64,000 nucleotides of DNA from NCBI GenBank assembly GCA_039889305.1, contig JAVVFV010000002.1, positions 6,401 through 70,400 on the forward strand, written 5' to 3'. A program made the position numbers and the translations under genes. The notes beneath the pieces are model-generated. The model saw only the letters and a list, made by a program, of their open reading frames with translations, ran no database searches and was not told the origin of the DNA. Source of the stretch: Candidatus Zestomicrobium tamdykulense (GTDB lineage Archaea; Thermoproteota; Thermoprotei_A; Sulfolobales; NBVN01). Numbering within the stretch: the first letter of the stretch is position 1; each line of letters begins with the position of its first letter. Shown here in pieces: positions 9,239 to 18,298 of the stretch.

Positions 9239-9804
9239 AGCTCACCACCCTCCATGAATTCCTTCTTATATATGTATATGCCGTCAGAAAACACACGCCT
9301 ATCAAGCCCTCTAATCCTGGTTGCTTGCTCTATATTAGCGGCAGTCTGACTAACATCCTCCAAATCAATACCCTCAACGATTATGTCGTTTTTCTGCACC
9401 TTAACCTTCACATCACCAATAATCCTAGCTACTCTAGGATTCCTCTCACCTATGAAATTCTCTATGAGTACCTTATCACCCTCAACCTTAACACTTATTG
9501 GGAAGTGCGAGTACACTATCCTCAACCAATACCTGAAACCCTTAGTCACCCCGAGAATCATGTTCTTTATGTGTGCTGAGACAGCATACACCTGAGCCAC
9601 GTCTCTTCCCTTAGCAAAAAACGTAGAAACCTCAACCCTACCACCCTCAACAACAATCCTAACATTCTCAGCATAACTGAAATCTCTTGCTACCTCCCCC
9701 TTAGGACCCTTAACAATCACCCTACGACCATCAACCACCACAAAAACACCCTCAGGAATATCCACGTAATCCCTAACCACAACAGCCCTAACCACACACA
9801 TCAC
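9235..9804 (-). CDS. rpl6: 50S ribosomal protein L6 (uL6)
   Basis: VKGPKGEV with the two-domain L6 pattern; operon order. Confidence 0.9.
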   Translation of the reverse strand: MMCVVRAVVVRDYVDIPEGVFVVVDGRRVIVKGPKGEVARDFSYAENVRIVVEGGRVEVSTFFAKGRDVAQVYAVSAHIKNMILGVTKGFRYWLRIVYSHFPISVKVEGDKVLIENFIGERNPRVARIIGDVKVKVQKNDIIVEGIDLEDVSQTAANIEQATRIRGLDRRVFSDGIYIYKKEFMEGGEL

Positions 9805-9807
9805 CCC

Positions 9808-10218
9808 TCAATAGACGTAAGCCAGCAGAATACCTCCAATCCTCTTCTCCAGAGCTTCCTTATGTGACATAACACCCTGAGGTGTCGAAAGTATTAGCAA
9901 CCCGATATCCCTGGAAGGCAGTATCTTCCTTAACCAGTCAGGCATGCTACGCAGCTCCGCGTACTTTATAGGTGTCCTAGGCTTTATCACACCAGCATTG
10001 TTAATCCTGCCTAACAACTGAACCTTAATCTTGCCTGACCTTCCGTCATCTATATACTCAAACTCTCCTATGTACCCGTACCTCTGGAGAGTCCTTAAAG
10101 TCATGGCTATGAGCTTAGAAGCAGGTATTATGATAGCTTCTCTCTTACCCCTCAACTCACAGTTCTTCAAGGTCACCAAAGCATTAGCTAGAGTATCCAT
10201 CATTACCACACGAAACAC
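9808..10218 (-). CDS. rps8: 30S ribosomal protein S8 (uS8)
   Basis: [31 protein letters not shown]. Confidence 0.9.
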   Translation of the reverse strand: MFRVVMMDTLANALVTLKNCELRGKREAIIIPASKLIAMTLRTLQRYGYIGEFEYIDDGRSGKIKVQLLGRINNAGVIKPRTPIKYAELRSMPDWLRKILPSRDIGLLILSTPQGVMSHKEALEKRIGGILLAYVY

Positions 10219-10219
10219 C

Positions 10220-10384
10220 TCACATATACTTCTTGAAACCTAACCCACTAGCTACCTCCCTGAAACACTGCCTACATAAGTAGAGGTTATATTTCTGGAT
10301 CACCGCGTCACGAGACCCGCAACGCTGGCAAACCTGCACACCCCTACCATACTTCCTAATCTTAGGAGGTCTGAATTTCCCCAT
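10220..10384 (-). CDS. rps14: 30S ribosomal protein S14 (uS14, zinc type)
   Basis: [43 protein letters not shown]. The ORF-track start at 10438 would overlap L5, so I use the internal ATG at 10384, 1 nt after the L5 stop. Confidence 0.9.
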   Translation of the reverse strand: MGKFRPPKIRKYGRGVQVCQRCGSRDAVIQKYNLYLCRQCFREVASGLGFKKYM

Positions 10385-10385
10385 C

Positions 10386-10964
10386 CTACACCACCTTAGT
10401 ATTGAGTTCCTTAATAAAGAAAACAATAGCTTCCGCACGAGAAACCCTCTGCCTGTAAGGTACGCGAGATCTCTTAACTCTCCTCCTCATCACTCTCAAC
10501 CCAGGCTTCTCTAAAGTAACACATACGTCCATACCGAAAATCCCTAACTCAGGATCGTACTTGACGCCAGGAAGCATTATGTGTTCCTTAATACCGATCG
10601 AGACATTACCGTAGTTATCAAAACTCGAACTCTTGACTCGCCTACCCACCGCGTCAAGAACCTTATTAAGGAAACTCAAGGCTTTCTCACCTCTCAAAGT
10701 CACTGCGACAGCTATGGGCTCACCCTTCCTAATATTGAATTCCTTAATAGTTTTCTTAGCTCTCCTTTCTGAGGGTTTCTGACCAGTAAGCATCTCAAGA
10801 ATCTTAGCAGCTTTCTTAAGCCTCTCACCAGACTCCCCAACACCGATGTTGACAGTGACTTTAGCTAGTCTAGGCTTCCTCATCGGGTTAGATTCCCAGA
10901 CCTCCAGAACCCTCCTAACAACCTCCTCACTTACCCCGGCCTCAACCCCGCGAACAACACTCAT
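10386..10964 (-). CDS. rpl5: 50S ribosomal protein L5 (uL5)
   Basis: [19 protein letters not shown]. Confidence 0.9.
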   Translation of the reverse strand: MSVVRGVEAGVSEEVVRRVLEVWESNPMRKPRLAKVTVNIGVGESGERLKKAAKILEMLTGQKPSERRAKKTIKEFNIRKGEPIAVAVTLRGEKALSFLNKVLDAVGRRVKSSSFDNYGNVSIGIKEHIMLPGVKYDPELGIFGMDVCVTLEKPGLRVMRRRVKRSRVPYRQRVSRAEAIVFFIKELNTKVV

Positions 10965-11719
10965 ATAGCTCCCTCAGGAACCCTTATCACGGGTTTCTCA
11001 GAACCCAAAACAAAAACCTTATCTAGGGTCGTGAAGAACTCACTACCTTTAAAGTCACTCAACTGAACCTGCTTACGGTAATGCCTCACACCCTCATATA
11101 TCTTAAGTATCTTAGCTACCCTACCAACGTTCTTACCACCAATAATTATAGCTACGGAACCCTCCTTCATAGGGTAGTACTCCTCCACCCTACCATCCTT
11201 CAACAACAACTTGACAGTACCTAAGGTCTCGTAAACATCCTCAACAGGATTCCTAGGATCAGAAACCCTTACTAGGACGTTCCTACCGTCATGGAGATTT
11301 AACTGTATGTGGCCCCCCTTAACCGTGGTCTTGTCCTCAATCCTACACAACTTGAAAGAAGCTTCTTCCTCATGTATAGGTAATAAACCTAAAACCTTCG
11401 TCGGTACTGGCAACACCCTGAAGTACTCACCAGTCTTAACCACCTCAATAACATCCATAATACCGACAGGGAACTTGTAGTCTTTACGAACCCTACCATC
11501 AACTCTGATGTTACCCTCAGCAATAATCTTCCTAGCCTCACTACTAGTCTCAGCCAAACCCATAAAATCCCTCACAACAATCAATAAAGGAACAGACCTA
11601 CTAATTGGGTGAGGTCCTGGAGAAGTCTTCACAGTCCACTTATAAGCTTTCCTAAGTATAGGCCAGAAAGCCGGCGCACCAAAACTCTTTACGTGTCTAC
11701 TACCTCCTTTCCTACCCAC
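10961..11719 (-). CDS. rps4e: 30S ribosomal protein S4e (eS4)
   Basis: GSRHVKSFGAPAFWPI with a KOW-containing body. Confidence 0.9.
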   Translation of the reverse strand: MGRKGGSRHVKSFGAPAFWPILRKAYKWTVKTSPGPHPISRSVPLLIVVRDFMGLAETSSEARKIIAEGNIRVDGRVRKDYKFPVGIMDVIEVVKTGEYFRVLPVPTKVLGLLPIHEEEASFKLCRIEDKTTVKGGHIQLNLHDGRNVLVRVSDPRNPVEDVYETLGTVKLLLKDGRVEEYYPMKEGSVAIIIGGKNVGRVAKILKIYEGVRHYRKQVQLSDFKGSEFFTTLDKVFVLGSEKPVIRVPEGAI

Positions 11720-12161
11720 TCACATCACCTCCTTTCTTAGGTTCTGATTCCTTATTAGCGTTACTAGTTTCTTTCTCTTCTTCAGGCTTCACCTTACTCT
11801 TACCACCCCTCCTCTCTATTATCTTAGCACGCTTCTTATCACTGAGATCCAGCTTAATAATCACTACTTTGGAGGGGTGGATAGGGTAGTAAACAGGTGT
11901 TCCATCAGCTTTCTTTATGGTTACGCCCTCAACATGTAGAGCAATATCCTCGTAATCCACCTTAACTACCTTACCCTCATGACCTTTCCAGTCCCCCCTC
12001 ACTATCTTAACAGTGTCACCAGCCCTCACGTAAATCCTCTTAATACCTAGTTCTTCCCTAAGCTCTCTGGAGAGGGGAGCAGTTAAGTACTTATGTCTTA
12101 CGTGGGGAGGTGCTTCACGCATACTCAGTCTCTGCTTACCTGGCTTAATAGAAGGACCCAT
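11712..12161 (-). CDS. rpl24: 50S ribosomal protein L24 (uL24)
   Basis: KOW motif VRAGDTVKIVRGDWKGHEGKVVKVD with a Lys/Glu-rich tail. Confidence 0.9.
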   Translation of the reverse strand: MGPSIKPGKQRLSMREAPPHVRHKYLTAPLSRELREELGIKRIYVRAGDTVKIVRGDWKGHEGKVVKVDYEDIALHVEGVTIKKADGTPVYYPIHPSKVVIIKLDLSDKKRAKIIERRGGKSKVKPEEEKETSNANKESEPKKGGDVSG

Positions 12162-12172
12162 ACATCACCACC

Positions 12173-12592
12173 CTAAACTATGATTGAAGCTAGAGTAGCT
12201 ATCCTAGGCCACCTCTCCGCAGCTTCCCTAGCCATAGGACCTCTGATTTCCGTTCCTTTAGGAGTGCCGTCAGGCGCTATAATCACGCAAGCATTATCCT
12301 CGAAGCTAAGCCACCTACCATCACTCCTCCTGAAAGGCTTCTTCTGCCTTATAACAACTGCCTGAAGAACCTGACCAACTAACTCAGTACTACCCTTCTT
12401 CACAGCAACAACAACTAAGTCCCCAACCGTCGCTGAAGGACGCCTACGCAACCTAGTCTTAACTCCCGGAATACCTATCACCATCACTACCTTAGCACCA
12501 CTATTATCAGCTACCTTAAGATCAGTACCAATAGTCACGCCAGCAACCCTACCGAAACGGCTGAGAGCCGCACCACCCTTCTTCTCGGACAT
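12173..12592 (-). CDS. rpl14: 50S ribosomal protein L14 (uL14)
   Basis: LKVADNSGAKVVMVIG. The ATG at 12592 (MSEKKGG..) is preferred; the 12631 start would overlap S17. Confidence 0.9.
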   Translation of the reverse strand: MSEKKGGAALSRFGRVAGVTIGTDLKVADNSGAKVVMVIGIPGVKTRLRRRPSATVGDLVVVAVKKGSTELVGQVLQAVVIRQKKPFRRSDGRWLSFEDNACVIIAPDGTPKGTEIRGPMAREAAERWPRIATLASIIV

Positions 12593-12594
12593 CA

Positions 12595-12954
12595 CTAACC
12601 ACCCTTCCTGAGAACACCCAACACAACCCAACTAACAGACTTAGCTAGAGGTCTCGTCTCCCCTATCAAGACATCATCTCCGAGACTCAAAGAAACGCAT
12701 GGAGGCACCCTAACATGAATCCTGGACCTACGCTTCTCATACCTCCTATACTTACGCACATAAACCAAATACTCCTTCTCAACAACAGCTAACTTCTTAG
12801 CTCTTAACTTAATTACCTTACCTACAGTAAGTCCTCCCCTAACCTTAAGATGTCCGTGCCACGGACACTCAGGATCGTCGCAAGTCTTACTAGGAGGCTC
12901 AAGACCCTCAAACTTAATCCCAATATCATGCACTGCAGACCCGCTCACCATCAA
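12595..12954 (-). CDS. rps17: 30S ribosomal protein S17 (uS17)
   Basis: GKVIKLRAKKLAVVEKEYLVYVRKYRRYEKR. Confidence 0.9.
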   Translation of the reverse strand: MMVSGSAVHDIGIKFEGLEPPSKTCDDPECPWHGHLKVRGGLTVGKVIKLRAKKLAVVEKEYLVYVRKYRRYEKRRSRIHVRVPPCVSLSLGDDVLIGETRPLAKSVSWVVLGVLRKGG

Positions 12955-13229
12955 CCACCCGCAATCTTCTTCATACGGTCTTCAGGCCTACCCACTATAG
13001 CATCACCATATACCGTAACATTAGTTCCGTCATCAAGCTTAAAAGTAAAAAGACCGCCAACCTTAGGGATCTTAATCACCTTACCACTACTCAAAACCTC
13101 CAGCATATTCTTAGACTCACTAACTACTAAACCCTTCACACCCACCAAAGAAGAACTAGTGTGTGAACTCACAAACACCTCAAGCCCTACTAACTCATGA
13201 AATACTAAGTTCTTCGGAGTCCTCCTCAC
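12951..13229 (-). CDS. rnp1: RNase P protein component 1 (Rpp29/Pop4 homolog)
   Basis: HELVGLEVFVSSHTSSSLVGVKGLVVSESKNMLEV..GRPEDR. Sits at the conserved position between L29 and S17. Confidence 0.85.
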   Translation of the reverse strand: MRRTPKNLVFHELVGLEVFVSSHTSSSLVGVKGLVVSESKNMLEVLSSGKVIKIPKVGGLFTFKLDDGTNVTVYGDAIVGRPEDRMKKIAGG

Positions 13230-13453
13230 TCAGCCTCCCTCCTACCTAACAGTTTCTTAAGCTCTTCCTCACGATTTATCGTGAGTATCCTAGCTATGTT
13301 CTTCCTCACTATTCTTATCCTTGCAGTATTCTTCAGAGTACCTACCTGAGCCTGAGTCCTCAACTTAATCAGCTCTGTCCTCAACTCAGCTAATAGCTTG
13401 TCTCGCTCCTCCCTACTCTTACTCCTTAATTCCTTAGCAGAAAGACTCAACAC
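13226..13453 (-). CDS. rpl29: 50S ribosomal protein L29 (uL29)
   Basis: LRSKSREERDKLLAELRTELIKLR. Confidence 0.9.
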   Translation of the reverse strand: MLSLSAKELRSKSREERDKLLAELRTELIKLRTQAQVGTLKNTARIRIVRKNIARILTINREEELKKLLGRREAE

Positions 13454-13462
13454 ACATCACCC

Positions 13463-14131
13463 CTACGATAACTCACCACCCTTATGCTCCGGCATGGTTT
13501 GAGCTCCTGCAGCCTCAGGCACAGGAACCTCAGCACCAGTCCTAATCACGTCGTCAGGCTCCCCAGGATTCAATATGAGTACCTCAATACCGTAGATACC
13601 TGGCTTAAGAAGTAGGTGCACGACCGCTCTATCTAGGAGTCTGTCCAGGTGCTGCCCGGTCTTATAGACTTTCCCGGCTCTCAGCTTCTCATACCTAGCT
13701 CTCTCACTAACTATCTTACCACTAATCACTATCTCTACTCCCTGAGCACCAGCAGCTAAGACCCTCCTCAAAGCCACGAAAGCAGCTCTACGAAAATGAT
13801 AGCCTTTCTCAATAGCTAGCGCAATCCTACTAGCAACTATCCTGGCATCCAAGTCAGGATTCTCAACCTGAGTAACTACTAGTTGAGGATTCTCAATCTT
13901 GAAGTACTTCTCCAGAACCTCCGTAAGCTGCTTAATCGTCTGCCCCTTCCTACCTATAATCATTGAAGGCCTGTCAGCATACAGAATAACCCTAGTACCT
14001 AGAGGCGTCTTTATCAACTCAACCCTAGAATAACCAGCCCTAACAAAATTCTTCGAGAGAAACTCATCTACCTTCAGCCTAACAAGATTCAAGCCTATGA
14101 AGTGCTCCTTAATATCAACCAAGCACCTCAC
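13463..14131 (-). CDS. rps3: 30S ribosomal protein S3 (uS3)
   Basis: KH domain GRKGQTIKQLTEVLEKYF; operon order. Confidence 0.9.
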   Translation of the reverse strand: MRCLVDIKEHFIGLNLVRLKVDEFLSKNFVRAGYSRVELIKTPLGTRVILYADRPSMIIGRKGQTIKQLTEVLEKYFKIENPQLVVTQVENPDLDARIVASRIALAIEKGYHFRRAAFVALRRVLAAGAQGVEIVISGKIVSERARYEKLRAGKVYKTGQHLDRLLDRAVVHLLLKPGIYGIEVLILNPGEPDDVIRTGAEVPVPEAAGAQTMPEHKGGELS

Positions 14132-14607
14132 CTCTCCACCACTATCACTTCAACATTAGCAGTAGTCCTGATCTTAGGTGTGGCTCTAGCGAAAGCTCTA
14201 GGCATCCACCTCTTGAGGTACCTACCCTTATGAACAGCTATGTGGTATATGTATAGACGCTCAACATCCAAGTTCTTGTTCTCAGCATTATTCTCCACAT
14301 TCTTAAGAAGCTTAAGAATCTCTCTCGCGGCCTTGACAGGATACCTACCTACAGGTGACTTCCACCTAGGAAACACAGTCGGTAAACCCTTCTTATGAGC
14401 AATACTTAACTTATACCTAACGTAAGGAACAGGAGTCTCCTTCCTAATAACCTCCTCCAAGAAAGCCTTAGCATCCTTCAGCCTCATACCTCTTACAACT
14501 TTAAGAATCTCGTAACTCTCCTTCAAAGAAATAGGTACATCCCTAACTACGGCTTTAGCTACCTTCCCCTCATCCTCAACCCTAACAGAGTATCTCCAGA
14601 CCGGCAC
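14128..14607 (-). CDS. rpl22: 50S ribosomal protein L22 (uL22)
   Basis: AKAVVRDVPISLKESYEILKVVRGMRLKDAKAFLEEV. It is the first gene of this block; no S19 or L2 lies upstream. Confidence 0.9.
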   Translation of the reverse strand: MPVWRYSVRVEDEGKVAKAVVRDVPISLKESYEILKVVRGMRLKDAKAFLEEVIRKETPVPYVRYKLSIAHKKGLPTVFPRWKSPVGRYPVKAAREILKLLKNVENNAENKNLDVERLYIYHIAVHKGRYLKRWMPRAFARATPKIRTTANVEVIVVER

Positions 14608-14762
14608 TCACCTACCCCCCAAATCCTCAGCGATTACCTAATCTAAACTATAATAACCTTAAAAAGCTAAATTAAGGTTCACTCAGTAGTAATCCTCCCC
14701 ACAAACAATACACGCGTAGCTATTTAAAACCAACTAAGTTTTTATATAGTAGGTGAAGAATC

Positions 14763-16208
14763 GTGAAGATACCTCTTAAGAAGGTTAACGAGTATGAGTG
14801 GGAGATACCGTCCACCTACAAGAACTGTATGAAAGTACCAGCAATAATATTCGCTGACGAATTCCTAATCTCTAAAATGATTGAAGACTTAACGCTAGAG
14901 CAAGCAGCAAACGTCGGTTGCTTACCAGGTATTGAGAAAGCATCGTACGTGATGCCTGACGGCCACCAAGGATACGGGTTCCCTATCGGGGGAGTCGCTG
15001 GTATTAGAGCTGAGGACGGGTACGTATCACCGGGCGGGGTAGGTTACGACATCAACTGCGGCGTCAGACTACTAAGAACTAACCTAAGCTTAAATGACGT
15101 GAGAGACAAAATTAAGGAACTCGTCGACACGATCTTCAGGAACGTTCCTTCAGGCGTTGGTAGTACGGGCAAACTAAAACTAAGCTTCACCGAACTAGAT
15201 AAGGTTCTCAACGAAGGAGTTGATTGGGCTATTAGTAGGGGGTTTGGCTGGGAGGAAGACAGAGAATACATAGAGAGTTACGGTAGGATAGAATACGCCG
15301 ACGCTACCAAGGTTAGCAACACAGCTAAGTCTAGAGGTGCTGACCAGCTAGGCACTCTAGGAGCAGGAAACCACTTCCTAGAGATCCAGGTAGTCGATAA
15401 AATATACGATGAGAGGCTAGCTAAGGCTATGGGAATAGAGCATGAAGGACAAATAACCATAATGGTTCACACAGGTTCTAGAGGATTAGGACACCAAGTA
15501 GCGAGTGATTATTTAGGTGTCATGGAGAAAGCCATGCGTAGGTATGAATTCACACCCCCAGACAGAGAACTAGCTTCAGTACCCTTCAACTCCAGAGAAG
15601 GACAAGACTACTTCAAGGCTATGGCGGCCGCCGCGAACTACGCATTCACCAACAGACAAATAATAACTCACTGGGTAAGAGAATCCGTAGCTAAAGTATT
15701 CGGAACGAAGCCCGAAAACCTCGACTTAAGAGCAATCTACGACGTAGCACACAACATAGCCAAGCTAGAAGAACATGAAGTGGAAGGCAAGAACGTCAAG
15801 TTAGTAGTGCACAGGAAAGGCGCTACGAGAGCTTTCCCGTCAGGACACCCCGAAATACCTAGAGCATACAGAAACATAGGGCAACCAGTCCTAATACCTG
15901 GATCTATGGGGTCAGCCAGCTACTTAATGGTGGGAATACCGGAAGGCAAGAGAACATTCTACTCAGCAGCTCACGGAGCAGGTAGGTGGCTCTCCAGAAA
16001 CGAAGCACTAAGGAGAAGCAGAGCAGACGCAGTACTAAACAAACTACTCAGCTCAGGAATCTACGTGAAAGCAACCTCTAAAGAAACAGTAGTAGAGGAA
16101 ATGCCGGAAGCATACAAAGACGTCGACAAAGTCGCTCTAGTATCCCATAAAGTCGGGATAGCAGCCCTAGTAGCTAGGATGCGACCCCTCGGAGTAGTTA
16201 AGGGGTAG
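14763..16208 (+). CDS. rtcB: RNA-splicing ligase RtcB
   Basis: GTG start. Motifs GYDINCGVRLL, GAGNHFLE and HTGSRGLGHQV. 481 aa, no intein. Confidence 0.95.
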   Translation: MKIPLKKVNEYEWEIPSTYKNCMKVPAIIFADEFLISKMIEDLTLEQAANVGCLPGIEKASYVMPDGHQGYGFPIGGVAGIRAEDGYVSPGGVGYDINCGVRLLRTNLSLNDVRDKIKELVDTIFRNVPSGVGSTGKLKLSFTELDKVLNEGVDWAISRGFGWEEDREYIESYGRIEYADATKVSNTAKSRGADQLGTLGAGNHFLEIQVVDKIYDERLAKAMGIEHEGQITIMVHTGSRGLGHQVASDYLGVMEKAMRRYEFTPPDRELASVPFNSREGQDYFKAMAAAANYAFTNRQIITHWVRESVAKVFGTKPENLDLRAIYDVAHNIAKLEEHEVEGKNVKLVVHRKGATRAFPSGHPEIPRAYRNIGQPVLIPGSMGSASYLMVGIPEGKRTFYSAAHGAGRWLSRNEALRRSRADAVLNKLLSSGIYVKATSKETVVEEMPEAYKDVDKVALVSHKVGIAALVARMRPLGVVKG

Positions 16209-16226
16209 TACGAAAACCCCAAAGAC

Positions 16227-17210
16227 TTAACGACCCACCCTATTAATGCATTGTATTGGTTCCTCAAAACATATGGACGTAGTTGTGTCGAGAGACATGT
16301 ATGAAGCATACCTGTTGTAGTACGGCTCACCAACACGACTAAAGAGAGTAACTACTCTGTTCCTATGATTTAGTTTAAACCCCTCGTACGAGGGTTCATG
16401 CCCCCTAACAATCAGCTTAACCTTAAACCTCTTCAGAACCCACTGAGTAACAGGCACCCCGAACAAGTAGCCAGCACCCCTAGGAGACGGGATTCTCCCT
16501 ATATTGAGGTCTACCGGGTCATTCCACAATATCTCCTCAATCAACTTAGTTCTCTCATAATCGTTACTCCCGAGAAAATACTCTGCTAAAGTGATTTCTG
16601 AGTTATAGTTTAGTGTAGGTAACCCACCATGCAAAGCTATGAAGGAATTCCTCACGTACAGAACTAACGGCATATTACTAAATAACTCCATGAAATCACT
16701 ATACAACTCAGTACCTTTAACGTAGCCGTAAGTAGTCTTGAGTACCTGAGGAAAATCATGTGGCGACGGTATTAGGTGAGGTGGGGGTTCATGATTCCCT
16801 CTAAGAAGAGTAACGTTATCTGGGAAGTCCCTCTTGAGCAGTAATGCCGCTAACAAACACTCCAGCTGGTGTGAGCCCCTATCAACGTAATCACCCAAGA
16901 AAACCAACTCTACCGAGCCTTCCTTAACCAAATTAATGTTGAGTTTAGTTAAGATTTTCTTCAGAGTCTCTAAATCACCATGAATATCACCCACAATAAA
17001 GAAAATCTTGCCGCTCTCCTTAGTCACTATAGGCCCGCCATACTTCCTCAACTCATTAATGATTACGTTACTCAACGAATCCTTTACGAAGTCCCTCACT
17101 CTAGAATAATCACTCAGCAAAGAATCAAGGACCCCCCTAACGTAGTCCCAAACACTACCCACACTCACACCATCATCGCCTATAATGTCTTGGTCTAAGT
17201 AATTATTCAT
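16227..17210 (-). CDS. PPP-family Ser/Thr protein phosphatase (metallophosphoesterase)
   Basis: GDIHGD, GDYVDRG, GNHE, HGG and RGHEP motifs in the canonical order. Confidence 0.8.
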   Translation of the reverse strand: MNNYLDQDIIGDDGVSVGSVWDYVRGVLDSLLSDYSRVRDFVKDSLSNVIINELRKYGGPIVTKESGKIFFIVGDIHGDLETLKKILTKLNINLVKEGSVELVFLGDYVDRGSHQLECLLAALLLKRDFPDNVTLLRGNHEPPPHLIPSPHDFPQVLKTTYGYVKGTELYSDFMELFSNMPLVLYVRNSFIALHGGLPTLNYNSEITLAEYFLGSNDYERTKLIEEILWNDPVDLNIGRIPSPRGAGYLFGVPVTQWVLKRFKVKLIVRGHEPSYEGFKLNHRNRVVTLFSRVGEPYYNRYASYMSLDTTTSICFEEPIQCINRVGR

Positions 17211-17281
17211 TAAATAGCGTTTTTAATGTTAACTCATAACCACCCTTATGTTGTAGCACAACATAACTAGGAAGTAGGTGG

Positions 17282-17379
17282 TGGGCCCGCGGGGATTCGA
17301 ACCCCGGACCGCCCGGTTATGAATCCCGTAGGTCTCAACAACCTATGCCGGGCGCTCTACCTGGCTGAGCTACGGGCCC
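17282..17379 (-). tRNA. tRNA-Met (or Ile2) with anticodon CAT, carrying a 24-nt intron at a non-canonical position in the 5' side of the anticodon loop; CCA encoded (17279-17281)
   Basis: Folded by hand: GGGCCCG/CGGGCCC acceptor, GCTC/GAGC D-stem, CCCGG/CCGGG anticodon stem, CGGGG-TTCGAAT-CCCCG T-arm. Between the anticodon stem halves lie 31 nt, CATAGGTTGTTGAGACCTACGGGATTCATAA, which is the CTCATAA loop plus a 24-nt insert. Confidence 0.85.
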
Positions 17380-17405
17380 TACCCACACTAATTCTTGTTC
17401 TCCCG

Positions 17406-17413
17406 TTTTTAAA
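17406..17413 (-). promoter_or_regulatory. TATA-like box (TTTAAAAA) 34 nt upstream of the tRNA-Met 5' end
   Basis: The same A/T octamer recurs 33-34 nt upstream of four of the five tRNAs in the window. Confidence 0.4.
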
Positions 17414-17487
17414 TTTTTGCTATGCTAACCTAACACAACGTTATATTTATTTTGGTTCAGGAGATTATTTTATTGTGGTGAATTAGT

Positions 17488-17715
17488 ATGCCTCTAAAAG
17501 TAAAGGTTGACTGGAACCTCTGTATAGCTGACGGCGTGTGTTACGCGTTATGTCCTCAAGTGTTTGAAGCAGGACCTGACGGCAAATCCCAAATAGTGAA
17601 GGAGTATAGAGGTAGCGACGTTACTGAGGGCACAGTACCTGACGACCTATCTGATTGCGTGGAGCAAGCTAAGACAGCGTGCCCCGTAGGAGCCATATTC
17701 GTTGAGAAAGCTTAA
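17488..17715 (+). CDS. Single-cluster ferredoxin (Pyrococcus-type, Asp-containing CxxDxxC motif)
   Basis: 75 aa. CIADGVCYALCPQVFE ... C ... CPVGAIFVE, the same layout as Thermococcales [4Fe-4S]/[3Fe-4S] ferredoxins. Confidence 0.8.
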   Translation: MPLKVKVDWNLCIADGVCYALCPQVFEAGPDGKSQIVKEYRGSDVTEGTVPDDLSDCVEQAKTACPVGAIFVEKA

Positions 17716-17838
17716 AACAGTGTTTTCAACGAAACACACGCATACCCTTACTTCATTTTTCATTATTTGATTAAAACACACTAGTTTATAAGTCTCGATA
17801 CATAGCATTATACGTAACGTAAATCGGAGAGGAAGAAA

Positions 17839-18297
17839 ATGGGAGAAACAAAAACAAAAATAAGTAATTTAAAACCCGGAATGAACAGAGTTAATCTCGT
17901 AGTACGCGTAATTAGCGTAGAACCCTCAAGAACCATAAACACGAGATCCGGACTCAGAACAATTACTGAAGCAGTAGTAGGGGACGAAACCGGGAAAGTC
18001 AAGCTGACTATGTGGGGTAAAGCACTAACAGATAAGCTCAAGGAAGGAGACTCAATAGAGATAAGAAACGCCTGGACAACCGTGTTTAAAGGCTTAGTCC
18101 AGCTCAACGTGGGTGGAGAAGAAAACATAAAAATAAGTTCTGAGGAAGCTTTACCAGAACCCGGAGAAATACCGGATAAATACCCTCAAGCACCAGAAGG
18201 TTATATGCCGGAACGTGGGGGAGCTCCGAGAAGATTCCAGAGACCTAGAAGACCTTACAGGAGAGAAAGGTCTACAAGCTTTAGCGAGGAGGAGTGA
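17839..18297 (+). CDS. ssb: Crenarchaeal single-stranded DNA-binding protein (single OB fold, basic linker, acidic tail)
   Basis: ISNLKPGMNRVNLVVRV..TITEAVVGDETGKVKLTMWGK..IRNAWTTVFKGLVQLNVG is close to Sulfolobus SSB as I recall it. Also has an R/P-rich linker and an EEE terminus. Confidence 0.9.
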   Translation: MGETKTKISNLKPGMNRVNLVVRVISVEPSRTINTRSGLRTITEAVVGDETGKVKLTMWGKALTDKLKEGDSIEIRNAWTTVFKGLVQLNVGGEENIKISSEEALPEPGEIPDKYPQAPEGYMPERGGAPRRFQRPRRPYRRERSTSFSEEE

Positions 18298-18298
18298 A

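Noticed and set aside
10385-10438. N-terminal extensions proposed by the ORF track for S14 (start 10438), L14 (12631), adk (4724), DUF424 (46952) and alaS (58940).
   Set aside because: The extensions overlap the upstream gene or add non-conserved residues before the family's usual N-terminus. Internal ATG or GTG codons give tightly packed, canonical-length proteins.
18215-18298. The ORF-track start of the PqqD-like ORF at 18215, overlapping the last 83 nt of ssb.
   Set aside because: The overlapping part translates the ssb tail in another frame (MGELREDSRDLEDL..) and has no PqqD similarity. A TTG at 18299, right after the ssb stop, gives a protein of normal PqqD size.
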